A DNA stretch of 34,353 nt from Octopus bimaculoides (taxonomy: Eukaryota). Positions 1 to 11,559 of the stretch are shown piece after piece. Both the position numbers and the translations under genes were made by a program. The notes beneath the pieces are model-generated. The model was not told the DNA's origin and did no database searches. It worked only from the letters and a program-made list of their open reading frames with translations. The number at the start of each line of letters is the position of its first letter. Positions within the stretch are counted from its first letter, which is position 1. The stretch covers positions 84,177,374-84,211,726 of the forward strand of contig NC_068986.1 in the NCBI RefSeq assembly GCF_001194135.2, read 5' to 3'.

Positions 1-371
1 ACCAAAGTACGCAACAGGTACTTAATATATTGACCCCGAAAGGATAAAAGGCAAAGTCGATCTCGGAAGAATTTGAACTCAGAACGTAAAGACAGGCGAA
101 ATACTGCTAAGCATTTCGCCCGGCGTGTTAGCGTTTCTTATTTCTTTATTATCCACGAAGGGTAAACATAGAGGGGACAAACAAGGACAGACAAAGGGAT
201 TAAGTCGACTACAGCGACCCCAGTGTGTAACTGGTACTTAATTTATCAACCCCGAAAGGATGAACGGCAAAATCGACCTCAGCGGAATTTGAACTCAGAA
301 CGTAACAGCAGACGAAATACCGCTAAGCATTTCGCCTGGCGTGCTAACGTTTCTGCCAGCCCACCGCCTTA
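1..371 (-). mobile_element. Dimeric tRNA-derived SINE (family A; possibly the octopus Twin SINE), cut by the window edge
   Basis: Two internal copies of the same ~130-nt unit (GGTACTTAAT...GACCCCGAAAGGAT...GAATTTGAACTCAGAACGTA). Minus strand starts TAAGGCGGTGGGCTGGCAGAAACG with a B-box-like GAGTTCAAATTCC. Strongly similar to 7037-7367. Family name is from recall, not a library search. Confidence 0.85.
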
Positions 372-473
372 AGTGATGATAAATATTAAATGTCGAAAAC
401 ACCATCACTTGATAATAATCAACTCCTATGAATCTTAGGCCCTTGACTAAGTAAATATATGTACAAGTATTTT

Positions 474-525
474 TATGTATGTATGTATGTATGTATGTAT
501 GTATGTATGTATGTATGTATGTATG
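474..525 (+). repeat. (TATG)n microsatellite
   Basis: Direct reading. Confidence 0.97.
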
Positions 526-537
526 CATGTACGTATG

Positions 538-965
538 TTTCACAATGTGGAGAATATACCGCCAGCATTGCTCAAGCGACCTCAACATTAGCTTCAAAAT
601 TCATCCAAGGCTAGGACCACGGGCCATACATCTCCTACCCAATTCAGGATCACAACGCATCAATACACTGCAACACAGTTTCTTTTCCTCAACAGGCCAT
701 GCCCTATTTAACATTGTCCCAAAACAGATCAAAGAAGAAAAAGATCCCATCATCTTTAAACGGAATCTGGACAAATTTATTCAGGGAATACCAGATAAGT
801 CACCTATACCTGGATACAACTCACTCAACAAGAACTCCCTCTTCGAGTGGACCATGATAACACAAAACTTGGCTTTAAAAGGATTTAGATAATCCTATCA
901 GGTGGTGCTATTAAGTTAGACATGGCAGGGACCAATCTTTGGTCGAAACATATCGAAGTTTTATC
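538..965 (+). mobile_element. 5'-truncated CR1/L2-type LINE: ORF2 C-terminus plus 3' UTR
   Basis: Open frame to the stop at 890-892 includes TGHALFNIVPKQIKEEKDPIIFKRNLDKFIQGIPDKSPIPGYNSLNKNSLFEW, matching the G.xLFNxLP...FKxxLDxFLxxIPDxP C-terminal pattern of CR1/L2 ORF2. A short 3' UTR has the stem-loop GACCA-ATCTT-TGGTC (930-944). Confidence 0.75.
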
Positions 966-1227
966 TACGTTTTATGTATACATAATAGGTCTGATAGTGA
1001 GAATTCAGGTCATCACCTTATGAATGTCTGATTAAGTGATTTGATTTTAAATTCAATACGCAACATTATATAACCCTTATATGTTACGTGAAATAAATGG
1101 CTGTGAATCGAAACGCACGTAACACTAAACTGATTTCTCCATTCTTTCATTATAATTATAGAAAGACAAATCTTTTCACCAAACATGTGAAAGGTGATTA
1201 TCTGGTTCTCATTATCGATACGACTGT

Positions 1228-1284
<57 letters not shown>

Positions 1285-2199
1285 NNNNNNNNNNNNNNNN
1301 NNNNNNNNNNNNNNNNNNNNNNNNNNNNNNNNNNNNNNNNNNNNNNNNNNNNNNNNNNNNNNNNNNNNNNNNNNNNNNNNNNNNNNNNNNNNNNNNNNNN
1401 NNNNNNNNNNNNNNNNNNNNNNNNNNNNNNNNNNNNNNNNNNNNNNNNNNNNNNNNNNNNNNNNNNNNNNNNNNNNNNNNNNNNNNNNNNNNNNNNNNNN
1501 NNNNNNNNNNNNNNNNNNNNNNNNNNNNNNNNNNNNNNNNNNNNNNNNNNNNNNNNNNNNNNNNNNNNNNNNNNNNNNNNNNNNNNNNNNNNNNNNNNNN
1601 NNNNNNNNNNNNNNNNNNNNNNNNNNNNNNNNNNNNNNNNNNNNNNNNNNNNNNNNNNNNNNNNNNNNNNNNNNNNNNNNNNNNNNNNNNNNNNNNNNNN
1701 NNNNNNNNNNNNNNNNNNNNNNNNNNNNNNNNNNNNNNNNNNNNNNNNNNNNNNNNNNNNNNNNNNNNNNNNNNNNNNNNNNNNNNNNNNNNNNNNNNNN
1801 NNNNNNNNNNNNNNNNNNNNNNNNNNNNNNNNNNNNNNNNNNNNNNNNNNNNNNNNNNNNNNNNNNNNNNNNNNNNNNNNNNNNNNNNNNNNNNNNNNNN
1901 NNNNNNNNNGTCCACGTGACCGGTGTTCCACCAAGCCTCACCTTTCTTTCTTGGTTCGACTTCCATCCGTGTAGTATCTCTTCTATTCCTTCCCATGACT
2001 TTCATCTCTTATGTTCCTGCCGCAAGTCTTCACTCCACACATACCAGCTTAATTTAATTCGTCCTTAGTCGAAAGACACCTGTTGTTTGTAATTCTGTAT
2101 CATTTCTCCGTTTTTTTTGTCGTCCTTGTTTTCGTACACATTCGCTAGCTTTCTTCCAAAGAATTTCTTGGTGCAGTCTGTGTAAGATGTTGGCAGCCC

Positions 2200-2393
2200 T
2201 GGGAGCTCTATGTCCTGGGATCACTGCATAGAGGGAAAACAGGATAGCTATAGCTGGATTGCTTTTGGTCATAGGTTGCTCGATCAGAGCTGACCTGGGT
2301 TCAAACATCAACATCGAGCATATTCTGTCTGATCGTTCGACTTGCTAGAAACAGCATTTAAATCTCCTTTAAAATATACCCTAATGTATTAAT
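2200..2393 (+). repeat. Dispersed repeat family C (X-Y unit)
   Basis: Aligns with 3991-4138, sharing GATCAGAGCTGA(C/T)CTGGG and GCATTTAAATCTCCTTT, and with the reverse complement of 15105-15290. Confidence 0.75.
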
Positions 2394-2730
2394 ACCATAT
2401 AACTCTAGGAATGACAGGAAAGGAGAGGGAGACAACTGCTCGCAGGTTGGATAGCAGAAAGAGTATCTTGCTGGCTCTAGAACAAGTGGGAAGAATTGAG
2501 CTCGAAAGCAGAAAATGGGAAGTGGCTGGTTATATGCTTCTGGTCTGCCAACAAAAGGACGTGGTGGTTAAGGTTTGAATCACCGGAAGGAAGTTGGATA
2601 CAGCTTGAACATTAGTCCATATGTACGTATGTGACCGGTTCTGCTTGCTTCTCAAGATGTATCTAATAGTAAGAACACATTAAATAATCGTTGGACACAA
2701 AATGCAGATACGCTATCCACAAGATAAGGC

Positions 2731-2838
<108 letters not shown>

Positions 2839-3325
2839 CACAGACACACACAAATACACACACACATACAGAAACAAAAACGTACCTGTAACTATACGAG
2901 CAGTAATGATCCTATCTAAAACAAAAATCAGATATATTGATGGAGATAAACAACATATATAGACATTGGACAAACTATTGTCATATAGATTATGGTCAGC
3001 TCTTCGGGTTCACTGAAACATGAATGAGCTGGGCTAAATTCGTTACAGTAAATAGTCTCTACTCTGTATATATAGTGAGTTAATCTCAGCAGATTCGATT
3101 TTGACATTGATCCCTGAAGAGTCTGTAACATAAGTGGCAGCTATATAGTTGGATCGAATCAATCAACTAAAGAATATTTGTGATTAGTATTGTTGTTGGT
3201 GGTGTTGTTGATGATGGTGATGATGATAAGGTAGCCGTAATCAGCTCTGATAGAGCACATATATGCCATCTCAGATATTCTGTCTAGATATAAAAAGAAC
3301 CTCTTTCATGAACTTTTTCTCTACC

Positions 3326-3371
3326 CCTCCGCCACTTCCTCCTCCTCCTCTTCCTCTTCCTGATCATGATG

Positions 3372-3457
<86 letters not shown>

Positions 3458-3478
3458 CATCCTCATCCTCATCCTCAT

Positions 3479-3549
<71 letters not shown>

Positions 3550-3610
3550 TCTTGAATGTCGTCTTCGTTTTCATCATCATCGTTGTCATCATCATCATCA
3601 TCATGATGAT
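3326..3610 (+). repeat. Compound trinucleotide repeat (CCT)n/(CAT)n/(CAG)n
   Basis: Direct reading; source of the polyP/H/Q pseudo-ORFs. Confidence 0.95.
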
Positions 3611-3903
3611 GATGTTAGGCTTATGCTTTAGGCTTGACTATGCGGAAATGGTTATTTAGATATGCTATCATTTACAGATGGTGTTCTACTTTGTGTGCAC
3701 ACAATAAGATTAACGGCAGTGAGGGTATTAAAAGATTAAGACTTACGTTATTTCGTTAAACACGTTAGAAATCATTGCACACTTCTGTGAAACTCTTACA
3801 AAGCCCCATTTACAATTCCAAATAGACAAGAGCGATCACAGCAATATAATCAGCTTCATCATCATTATAATTAATGATTAAGCAAGTTTTATATGGTTGG
3901 AAG

Positions 3904-4665
3904 GAGCATCTATGTTGTCATGTGACCTTCTAGAAATAGCCAACAAAATCTTTCTCAGTTTAATAAAGGACGTGTTAGGCAAGTAGTTCTTGGGATCACC
4001 GTACAAAGGAAAATACAGGATAGCCATAGCTGCATTGCCTTTGGTCATATCGTGCTGGATCAGAGCTGATCTGGGCTTAAGCAATAACAACGAGCATGTT
4101 CTGTGTGGTCGCATTTAAATCTCCTTTTAATCATACCTAAGATGTCGTTCTGTACCTCGAAGAGACCGGCAGAAACATGGTAAGTTTGGTCATAGTTTGA
4201 ACGTTCTTAAGTCTTCACAATCAGAGCTGATCTGAGGTAAGCAATAACAACAAGTATAACCGTAATGACGATCATCCAGACCAACCAAACAAAACCAAAC
4301 CAAACCAAACCAGCCAATCAGCCAACAAACCAGCCAACCAACCAGCGGCTAAGCCTCCACGTAATTGTTCGACCTATTAGAAATGGCGGTTAAATTTCCT
4401 AAACTTGCACCTAAACCCCTTGAAAAAGGAAGGTCACATTGAATAATATGGTCTCAAGATATATTATATCTGGAAAAAGATGGGATGATCGTGGCTGGAA
4501 CGCCTTTAAATTGTAAGTATGTTGCTCAGTTAGGGATGAACAAAGACTAAACAAAAGCAACAATAACAACAATTACTGCAGCAAAAATATCACAACACCA
4601 AACCATTGATGGTATGGCTATGTAGTGGTTCGCCTTGTTAGATATAGCAGCCAAACTTCTTTGAA
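3904..4665 (+). repeat. Degenerate head-to-tail array of family C units, interrupted by an (ACCAA)n/(CCAA)n tract
   Basis: Alternating Y (..GACC/TTGCTAGAAA..AAAT(C/T)TCC-like) and X (..GCTGGA..GCCTTT..GATCAGAGCTGA..AACAAC-like) segments; see findings. Confidence 0.6.
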
Positions 4666-4965
4666 AGAACAACTTGCTGTTTAAAAAGAATGATGTATAC
4701 GTTGAATTATGTTGGTCTGTATATATTATATCAGGAGAAAAGCGTGGTAGTCATGGTTAGAACACCTTTCGTCTCGGTCTTTTCGCTTATAGCTGACGAA
4801 GTGCTTAACACCAAGACAACAACAAATATCGTTATACCAGGTAACAACACAGTTTAGCGTGCACAGAGACAACAACAACGACGATGACGACAATAACAAC
4901 AACAAAAAAAACAACAACAATAATAACAACAAACCGCAAAAAACAAGGTGAGATTAACATTCGCC

Positions 4966-5011
4966 ACTGGTTTGACGTCATTGCGATGAGAGCACGTGAC
5001 CTAAGATGGCG
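4966..5011 (+). promoter_or_regulatory. Promoter-like motif cluster: Grainyhead-type ACTGGTTT, CRE TGACGTCA, E-box CACGTGAC, YY1-type AAGATGGCG
   Basis: Exact motif matches at 4966-4973, 4973-4980, 4993-5000 and 5003-5011 in a unique, CpG-containing island. Confidence 0.55.
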
Positions 5012-5879
5012 ACTATAGTTTAGCGAAGACTTAAACGATGCCGTTGTAAAGTGTATATATATGTGTGTGTGTGTACGAATGTGTAAGTTGTGTGTGCTTG
5101 CGTGCGTGCGTGTGCGTGCGTATGCGTGCGTGTGTATGTGTGTACGTGTGTTTGTGTGTAATGTATTTTTGATAAGCTCTTGTGATGCTGCATTGTTGAA
5201 GGGTCGATCTGTCAAACTGGCTGTGGTGTGATGAACGGAACAGTTAAGGTTGCCAGTTCGGGAAGGGGGTGGATTGCCGGGACGCAAAGATGAAGATTAA
5301 ATCACACACACACACACATACACACACACACACACACAAGTACATATGCATAAGTACATCGCAGACACAGGTACACACATATTTACACTCAATAACAACT
5401 AATATAACAGTGTACTCAAACTGACGCATTGCCACACACGTATAGACAGGCGTGTACACACATACATATATGCAGTTATACACAAGCATATACACAGGTA
5501 CACAGGCACATATACAGACACAGACAAACGCAACCATACAAACACACACACACTCACACATTGGCTCAAACATTCACACAAATACAGAAATATCCACACA
5601 TATACATACACATTCATATATACACATATATGCACATATATAGACATAGACTTATGCAACAACAACCAAAAAGTACTCATATGTTCAAACATACCCACAA
5701 ACGCACATGTATAGACACATATATAGACACATACACACACAATCTATGGGAAACAATAAAGTAAATGATAAAAACAACCAATCAAGCAAACAAACAACAG
5801 ATACAAATAAATCGATAATGGATAAATAATTCAAACGATAAATTTAATATGATATCGTCTTTGATTCTTTTCTACTGGT

Positions 5880-6070
5880 TGTACTTGTACTACTTGATGT
5901 TGCTGTCGTTGTTGTTGTTGCTGTCGTTGTTGTTGTTGCTGTTGTTGCTATATATTCATTATCATTATTGTACTATTTGTTGTAGTTATTGTTGTTGATA
6001 CACTTCTTATTGTTGTTGTTGTTGCTGTTGTTGTTGTTGTTGTTGTTGTTGTACTAATTGACGTTGTTGT
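5880..6070 (+). repeat. Degenerate (GTT)n low-complexity tract
   Basis: Direct reading. Confidence 0.9.
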
Positions 6071-6534
6071 TATTGAAATACGACTTTCTGTTCTTGTTAT
6101 TGTCGCTGTATGCTAAAATAACNNNNNNNNNNNNNNNNNNNNNNNNNNNNNNNNNNNNNNNNNNNNNNNNNNNNNNNNNNNNNNNNNNNNNNNNNNNNNN
6201 NNNNNNNNNNNNNNNNNNNNNNNNNNNNNNNNNNNNNNNNNNNNNNNNNNNNNNNNNNNNNNNNNNNNNNNNNNNNNNNNNNNNNNNNNNNNNNNNNNNN
6301 NNNNNNNNNNNNNNNNNNNNNNNNNNNNNNNNNNNNNNNNNNNNNNNNNNNNNNNNNNNNNNNNNNNNNNNNNNNNNNNNNNNNNNNNNNNNNNNNNNNN
6401 NNNNNNNNNNNNNNNNNNNNNNNNNNNNNNNNNNNNNNNNNNNNNNNNNNNNNNNNNNNNNNNNNNNNNNNNNNNNNNNNNTTATTGAAATACGACTTTC
6501 TGTTCTTGTTATTGTCGCTGTATGCTAAAATAAC

Positions 6535-6725
6535 AGGCTGGTAAAATCGTTAAAATTACGGACAAAACGCTTAGCGGCATTTCTTCCGGCTCTTTAAGTC
6601 AAGTACAACTTTGACTTTCATCCTTTTCGGGGTCGATTAAAAATAAGTACCAATCAAACACTGGGATCGATTTCCCATTCCGTTCAAAATTTCAGGCCTC
6701 GTGCCAATATCAGAAAGAATTATTA
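6535..6725 (+). mobile_element. Decayed monomeric family A SINE
   Basis: CTTTCATCCTTTTCGGGGTCGATTAAAAATAAGTACC and the tail AAAATTTCAGGCCTCGTGCC..AGAAAGAATTATTA match the reverse complement of the family A copies. Confidence 0.75.
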
Positions 6726-6735
6726 CACGCATTAT

Positions 6736-6960
6736 TAAGGCGTAGGGCTGGCAGAATCGCTAGAGTGACAGACAGAATGCTTAGAGGCATTTCTGCTCGC
6801 TCTTTACGTTCTGAGTTCAAATCCTGCTGAGGTCAACTTTGCATTCATCTTCCCGGAGTCAATGAAATGAAGTACCAGTCATGTACTGAGGTCAAAGTAA
6901 TCAACTAACCACGACTCACTGAATTTTCTGGATTTATGTCGAAATTTGAATGGATCATTA
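6736..6960 (+). mobile_element. Monomeric family A tRNA-derived SINE
   Basis: Head TAAGGCGTAGGGCTGGCAGAATCG (A-box-like), B-box GAGTTCAAATCC, body homologous to 1-371. Confidence 0.85.
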
Positions 6961-7036
6961 TATTTGTTGTTGTTGTACTTAGTATTGCTGTTGGTGTGTC
7001 ACATGATTTTATAGTTCCAATTTTTTTTCTTTTTTT

Positions 7037-7367
7037 TTCTACTCTAGGCACAAGGCCCGAAATTTTTGGGAAGGGGGCCAGTCGATTAGATCGACCCTAG
7101 TACGCAACTGGTACTTAATTTACCGACACCAAAAAAGATGAAAGGCATAGTCGACCTCGGTGGAATTTGAACTCAGGACGTAATGACAAACGAAATACTG
7201 CTAACCATTTCGCCCGGCGTGCTAACGTTTCTTATTTCTTTATTGCCCACAAGGGGCTAAACATAGAGGGGACAAACAAGGACAGACAAAGGGATTAAGT
7301 CGATTACATCGACCCCAGTGCGTAACTGGTACTTAATTTATCGACCCCGAAATGATGAAAGGCAAAG
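7037..7367 (-). mobile_element. Dimeric family A SINE, 5' end lost in an assembly gap
   Basis: Same dimeric layout and linker as 1-371 (AAACATAGAGGGGACAAACAAGGACAGACAAAGGGATTAAGTCGA is identical). Confidence 0.88.
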
Positions 7368-7440
7368 NNNNNNNNNNNNNNNNNNNNNNNNNNNNNNNNN
7401 NNNNNNNNNNNNNNNNNNNNNNNNNNNNNNNNNNNNNNNN

Positions 7441-7499
<59 letters not shown>

Positions 7500-7687
7500 T
7501 CGTTAGCATTACATATTGTAGTTGTGGTTATGATCGAGACTGAACACTGATGGCGTTAACCCTTGCTACCAACCGAGTAATTAAATTTACAGCCACATCG
7601 CCCAACTCCACACCAATCTATGCCAGTTTGTTTGTCTTCTAATTAGTCATCATATATTGATACTATTTCTCATTAGTCTGCCCAGCA

Positions 7688-7688
7688 C

Positions 7689-7761
<73 letters not shown>
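7688..7761 (+). repeat. (ATCT)n microsatellite
   Basis: Direct reading. Confidence 0.97.
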
Positions 7762-7762
<1 letters not shown>

Positions 7763-7775
7763 GACTATTTGTCGA

Positions 7776-7922
7776 CGCGTCTGCGTGTAGCTTACATGTT
7801 TGTTTTGTTTGTCAATTAGTTCCACGTGTTAATTAGTTAGACTGTGAAAATAGAAGTTGACAAAAATACGAAGGTAAATAATCATGAAATGATACGTAAA
7901 ACATGCAAGTACACACTTATCT
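7776..7922. repeat. Unclassified dispersed repeat, copy 1 (follows (ATCT)n)
   Basis: 41-nt core 7849-7889 is 40/41 identical to 13194-13234; the flanks also align. Confidence 0.8.
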
Positions 7923-7979
7923 TTCGGCTGGGGCCTAAAGGTTGAGAAACAATATACGCGTACGCATGTACACACACGC

Positions 7980-8011
<32 letters not shown>

Positions 8012-9169
8012 ATTTAAAAGAGTTCCAACTCTGTCTGTTTTTTATGTTTTTTATTTATATTCTTTATGTGGGATATAGAATATGGAATATATAATATATA
8101 ATATAAAAAAAGATGGATGGTACAATGAAATGAAGTATTGAATGTCTTATTGAATATATGGAATATGTCTTATTGAATATATGAAATATTGAGTGTTCAA
8201 TATAAAGGATTAAATATATAAATATATAAAGGCGAATACGTATTTTCTATACCTTGTGGTATTTCATCATGGCCGGTATGACAGACTGAGCGTTGAAACT
8301 TTATGTTTATTTCAGGAAATAAACATAAATTTTGAAAGTTCAAATTCTTCCTTCTTCTTGTCATCAATATTGTACTTTACACTTCTAAGTAGCCAAGACG
8401 TAAACTGGAGCATCGGATGGGAGCTAAAGGAAGATTACTAAGTGTATGAAGTGTATGACCCCATACACTTGCTGGCTTCCGGTATGCGGAATTCTTGACT
8501 GGTAGCACTTGCATGTGCAAGTTGTTTGCAAGACACATATGCATCATCAGAAGGAACCAGCTTTGGCTTTTTACTCAGAGAAATTCATTATCTGACTAGA
8601 TATTATATTCCTCTTATTACACACACACGCGCGCATACATACGTGCTATGATATATACATGTATGTATGTATGTATGTATGTATGTATGTATGTATGTAT
8701 GTATGTATGTATGTATCTATCTATCTATCTGCTTAAATGATTTTGCGAATATGAAAAAAAGGTAGAAAGAAATACTTCATACAGTCAAAGTATTTAATAA
8801 AAAATTTTCTTTAAAGTTAACTATTTTTAAAAAGGTATTTAAAAAACAGATTAACACAGACATTTTGGAATGAAGTTTTAGTGTTGTGTGTAAGCGCTTT
8901 CGTAGTTCAGCTTTTCTAACACACGTGTAATGCGAGTCATCCGTATAGAGCATTACCCAACAACTTTCTTTCTACGGATTACTCTATAACACGTATGTCT
9001 GAAAGGTTGAACAGCGAAACAGGTTATATATTATACAAAAACTTAATTCCAAACTGTTTGTTATTCTGTTCTTTAAAATGATGAAAATAAAATAAATAGT
9101 AAATAACTTTTATGGAAATCTAAAATCTAAACATTAACACACACGTATACATAAATATATAAATGGAGA

Positions 9170-9190
9170 AAGATAGATAGACAGATAGTT

Positions 9191-9259
<69 letters not shown>

Positions 9260-9345
9260 NNNNNNNNNNNNAGAAGAAGAAGAAGAAGAAGAAGAAGAAG
9301 AAGAAGAAGAAGAAGAAGAAGAAGAAGAAGAAGAAGAAGAAGAAG
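9170..9345 (+). repeat. Compound (GATA)n(GA)n(GAA)n microsatellite spanning a small gap
   Basis: Direct reading. Confidence 0.95.
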
Positions 9346-11338
9346 ACGCAGAGATCTAGTGAAAGACGTAAATATAACAGCAGTTAATACATTCTTTCTA
9401 GTCTTCTGTTTGAGAGGTTTTCATTCAACAGTGTTTACTACCAAATGAAATATTTCCTTCACAGTGTCTTGGATGCAGATTAACGTTTGCCAGTTATCTT
9501 TCAGATATGTTCTACTCAACGTAATTTCCAAAATGTTAAGCAGTAAACATGATATTCATCAGCTGATTTCTGCTTATAAACAGGCGCCACATTTAACTAA
9601 GTATATTAAAGCTTCTGTTGAGATACACTTCTCAAACTTCCAGTTAAAGTTGCATTACGGAAGTACTTTGGCAATCTTATTGCTTAGTCTGTCGGTGATA
9701 TTAGTAAAAATTAAGCTCTCTTTTTGTAGTTTATGCATGTATTGTGGTAGGCAGAATGCAAACATATATATACACAAACACAGATATATCATATATCTAT
9801 ACATGAACGTACGTACGTGCATACATGCATGCTTCATCTTGTGACAAAAATGACAATTTCCATCACATGACATTGATTGCCGCGTTTTGCAATATTCAGG
9901 AAGTGCTGAAGGGAATTATGCTTTAGCCTTATAACAAGCTAAAATATGCAGCAATAACATGTCACTTTAATCAATTTAGTTAGAAAATGAGGATGGCAAA
10001 GTGTTGAAATGTTAAATGAACTTAGGAAACTTTAATAAGTAAAATGTCGAGTTCCGATAAACATAAAAAATGTGTAATAATGATGTTTAAATTACATGTA
10101 GACTACTAAATAAAAAAAAATCTATGCATAAAGTTATATATATCCATTTTGTGTATGCATGCGTGTGTGTGTGTGTATACGCATAAAAATGTCTATATTT
10201 AAACCTGTCTGGTTATATTTCTAAATATTTGCATATATACATGGTTGTGTATTTAATTTGATGTGTGTGTGTGTGTGCGGGGGGTGTTTACTGTTCGTTA
10301 AGGTAGGCTCAGCAAAAAGGTATATATATATATATNNNNNNNNNNNNNNNNNNNNNNNNNNNNNNNNNNNNNNNNNNNNNNNNNNNNNNNNNNNNNNNNN
10401 NNNNNNNNNNNNNNNNNNNNNNNNNNNNNNNNNNNNNNNNNNNNNNNNNNNNNNNNNNNNNNNNNNNNNNNNNNNNNNNNNNATATATAAAACGCCCTCC
10501 ACATATATTTATAAACATACGCACACACATACACAAGTATCCAATATGAAAATTACAATAAAAATAGCAACGCAACTAAATGAGTACATAAAACACTGCT
10601 ACCCGGGTATTTGTCGACCTTATCAAGTCTCTATTAGTACGGATTACTTTACATACACTCGGGTATTCTATATTCTGTGGAATCTATATTTATCCAGTTT
10701 CTATTTTAGTCGTACATCTACCCCGGCTGGTTTAAGCAAATACTTAATGTGGTGAACATTTATATTAGGTCGACGCTTTCCAGCTGCACGCCGGTGACGG
10801 TTGGGAAGTCTACCGTGAAGGCATTGAGCAACTTCACAGCTCAAAACGGTTTTGCTTTTTTTTCATATCATACATACACACACGCACATACACGCATGCT
10901 TACACACATACACACACACAAACACAAACACACACAAATTTATGCTTACAAGCATACAGAAGCGAGCGTGTGTACGCGCGCGTGTGTATGTGACATTCTA
11001 CTCAATAGTTTTGCCCAGGGCTGAGCTGTCAACTTTTGATACGATATAATAGTAAGCTCGCTTGATACACTGTATTTAGGAAGCATTTATAGGTTTGATT
11101 TGCTTCTTACAAGAGGTTGCATGAACACGCTTAATAAGTAATCAAAAAATGCTAATTATCCTTGCTAATTATATTTGAATATGATATGAAACTTAAACTT
11201 CAATCCTTAGTTATATCGAAAATGTGTGAAGTTAAAGCACAAATTATACAATCATGCAACTAATACTGACTAAAAATGCAAGCCGCGTTCCAAAATTTGA
11301 AATCATGATATATTGTGACTTTATTAACCGGTCTTTAA

Positions 11339-11410
11339 GAGTTGCTCAGATGGTAAAGCACTGAGTAGTAATTAATTTCGTTGATTAATGAGCGCGTTCA
11401 AATCTAGCCA
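11339..11410 (+). repeat. Degenerate tRNA-like head (probable old SINE 5' end)
   Basis: A-box-like TGCTCAGATGG and B-box-like GTTCAAATC with tRNA-like spacing; no intact cloverleaf. Confidence 0.35.
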
Positions 11411-11496
11411 TTCGGCTTCGGCATTGAATTTTATCCCACCGTTGGCCTGCAGCAAATGTTTACTGTATTCAACTCAGTAAATTACATTTCTTCCAG

Positions 11497-11559
11497 GATA
11501 GATAGATAGATAGATGCCTGGTTCTCCATCTGTTACGACGACGAGTGCTCAAGTTGATT
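11497..11559 (-). mobile_element. Isolated 3' tail of the SINE family at 12338-12631
   Basis: Reverse complement of 11516-11559 is 42/44 identical to 12588-12631, with the same (ATCT)n tail. Confidence 0.85.

Noticed and set aside
1910-2068. Minus-strand peptides with RNase H-like YYTDGS and RTE-like MCGVK / MEVE fragments
   Set aside because: The motifs fall in different frames, point to different families and are too short to support a call; may be a retroelement relic
2408-2630. Possible RTE endonuclease remnant (ILLALEQV...; GWLYASG...GG*GL)
   Set aside because: Only vague similarity, needing a frameshift and a stop; requires a TBLASTN/HMM test
3263-3659. PolyP/polyH/polyQ ORF resembling a transcription-factor low-complexity region
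   Set aside because: Entirely trinucleotide repeat, open in several frames on both strands, with no flanking domain
4792-4830. CTGACGA followed by a small GTG/CAC stem (hammerhead-like)
   Set aside because: AAGAC instead of GAAAC, and no stem I or III
4735-4840. AG/GT-bounded open segment EKSVVVMVRTPFVSVFSLIADEV...
   Set aside because: Weak acceptor and unrecognisable peptide
9590-9680. Minus-strand LIYLVKCGAC resembling the Penelope GIY-YIG lead-in
   Set aside because: The following YIGET motif is absent and a stop follows immediately
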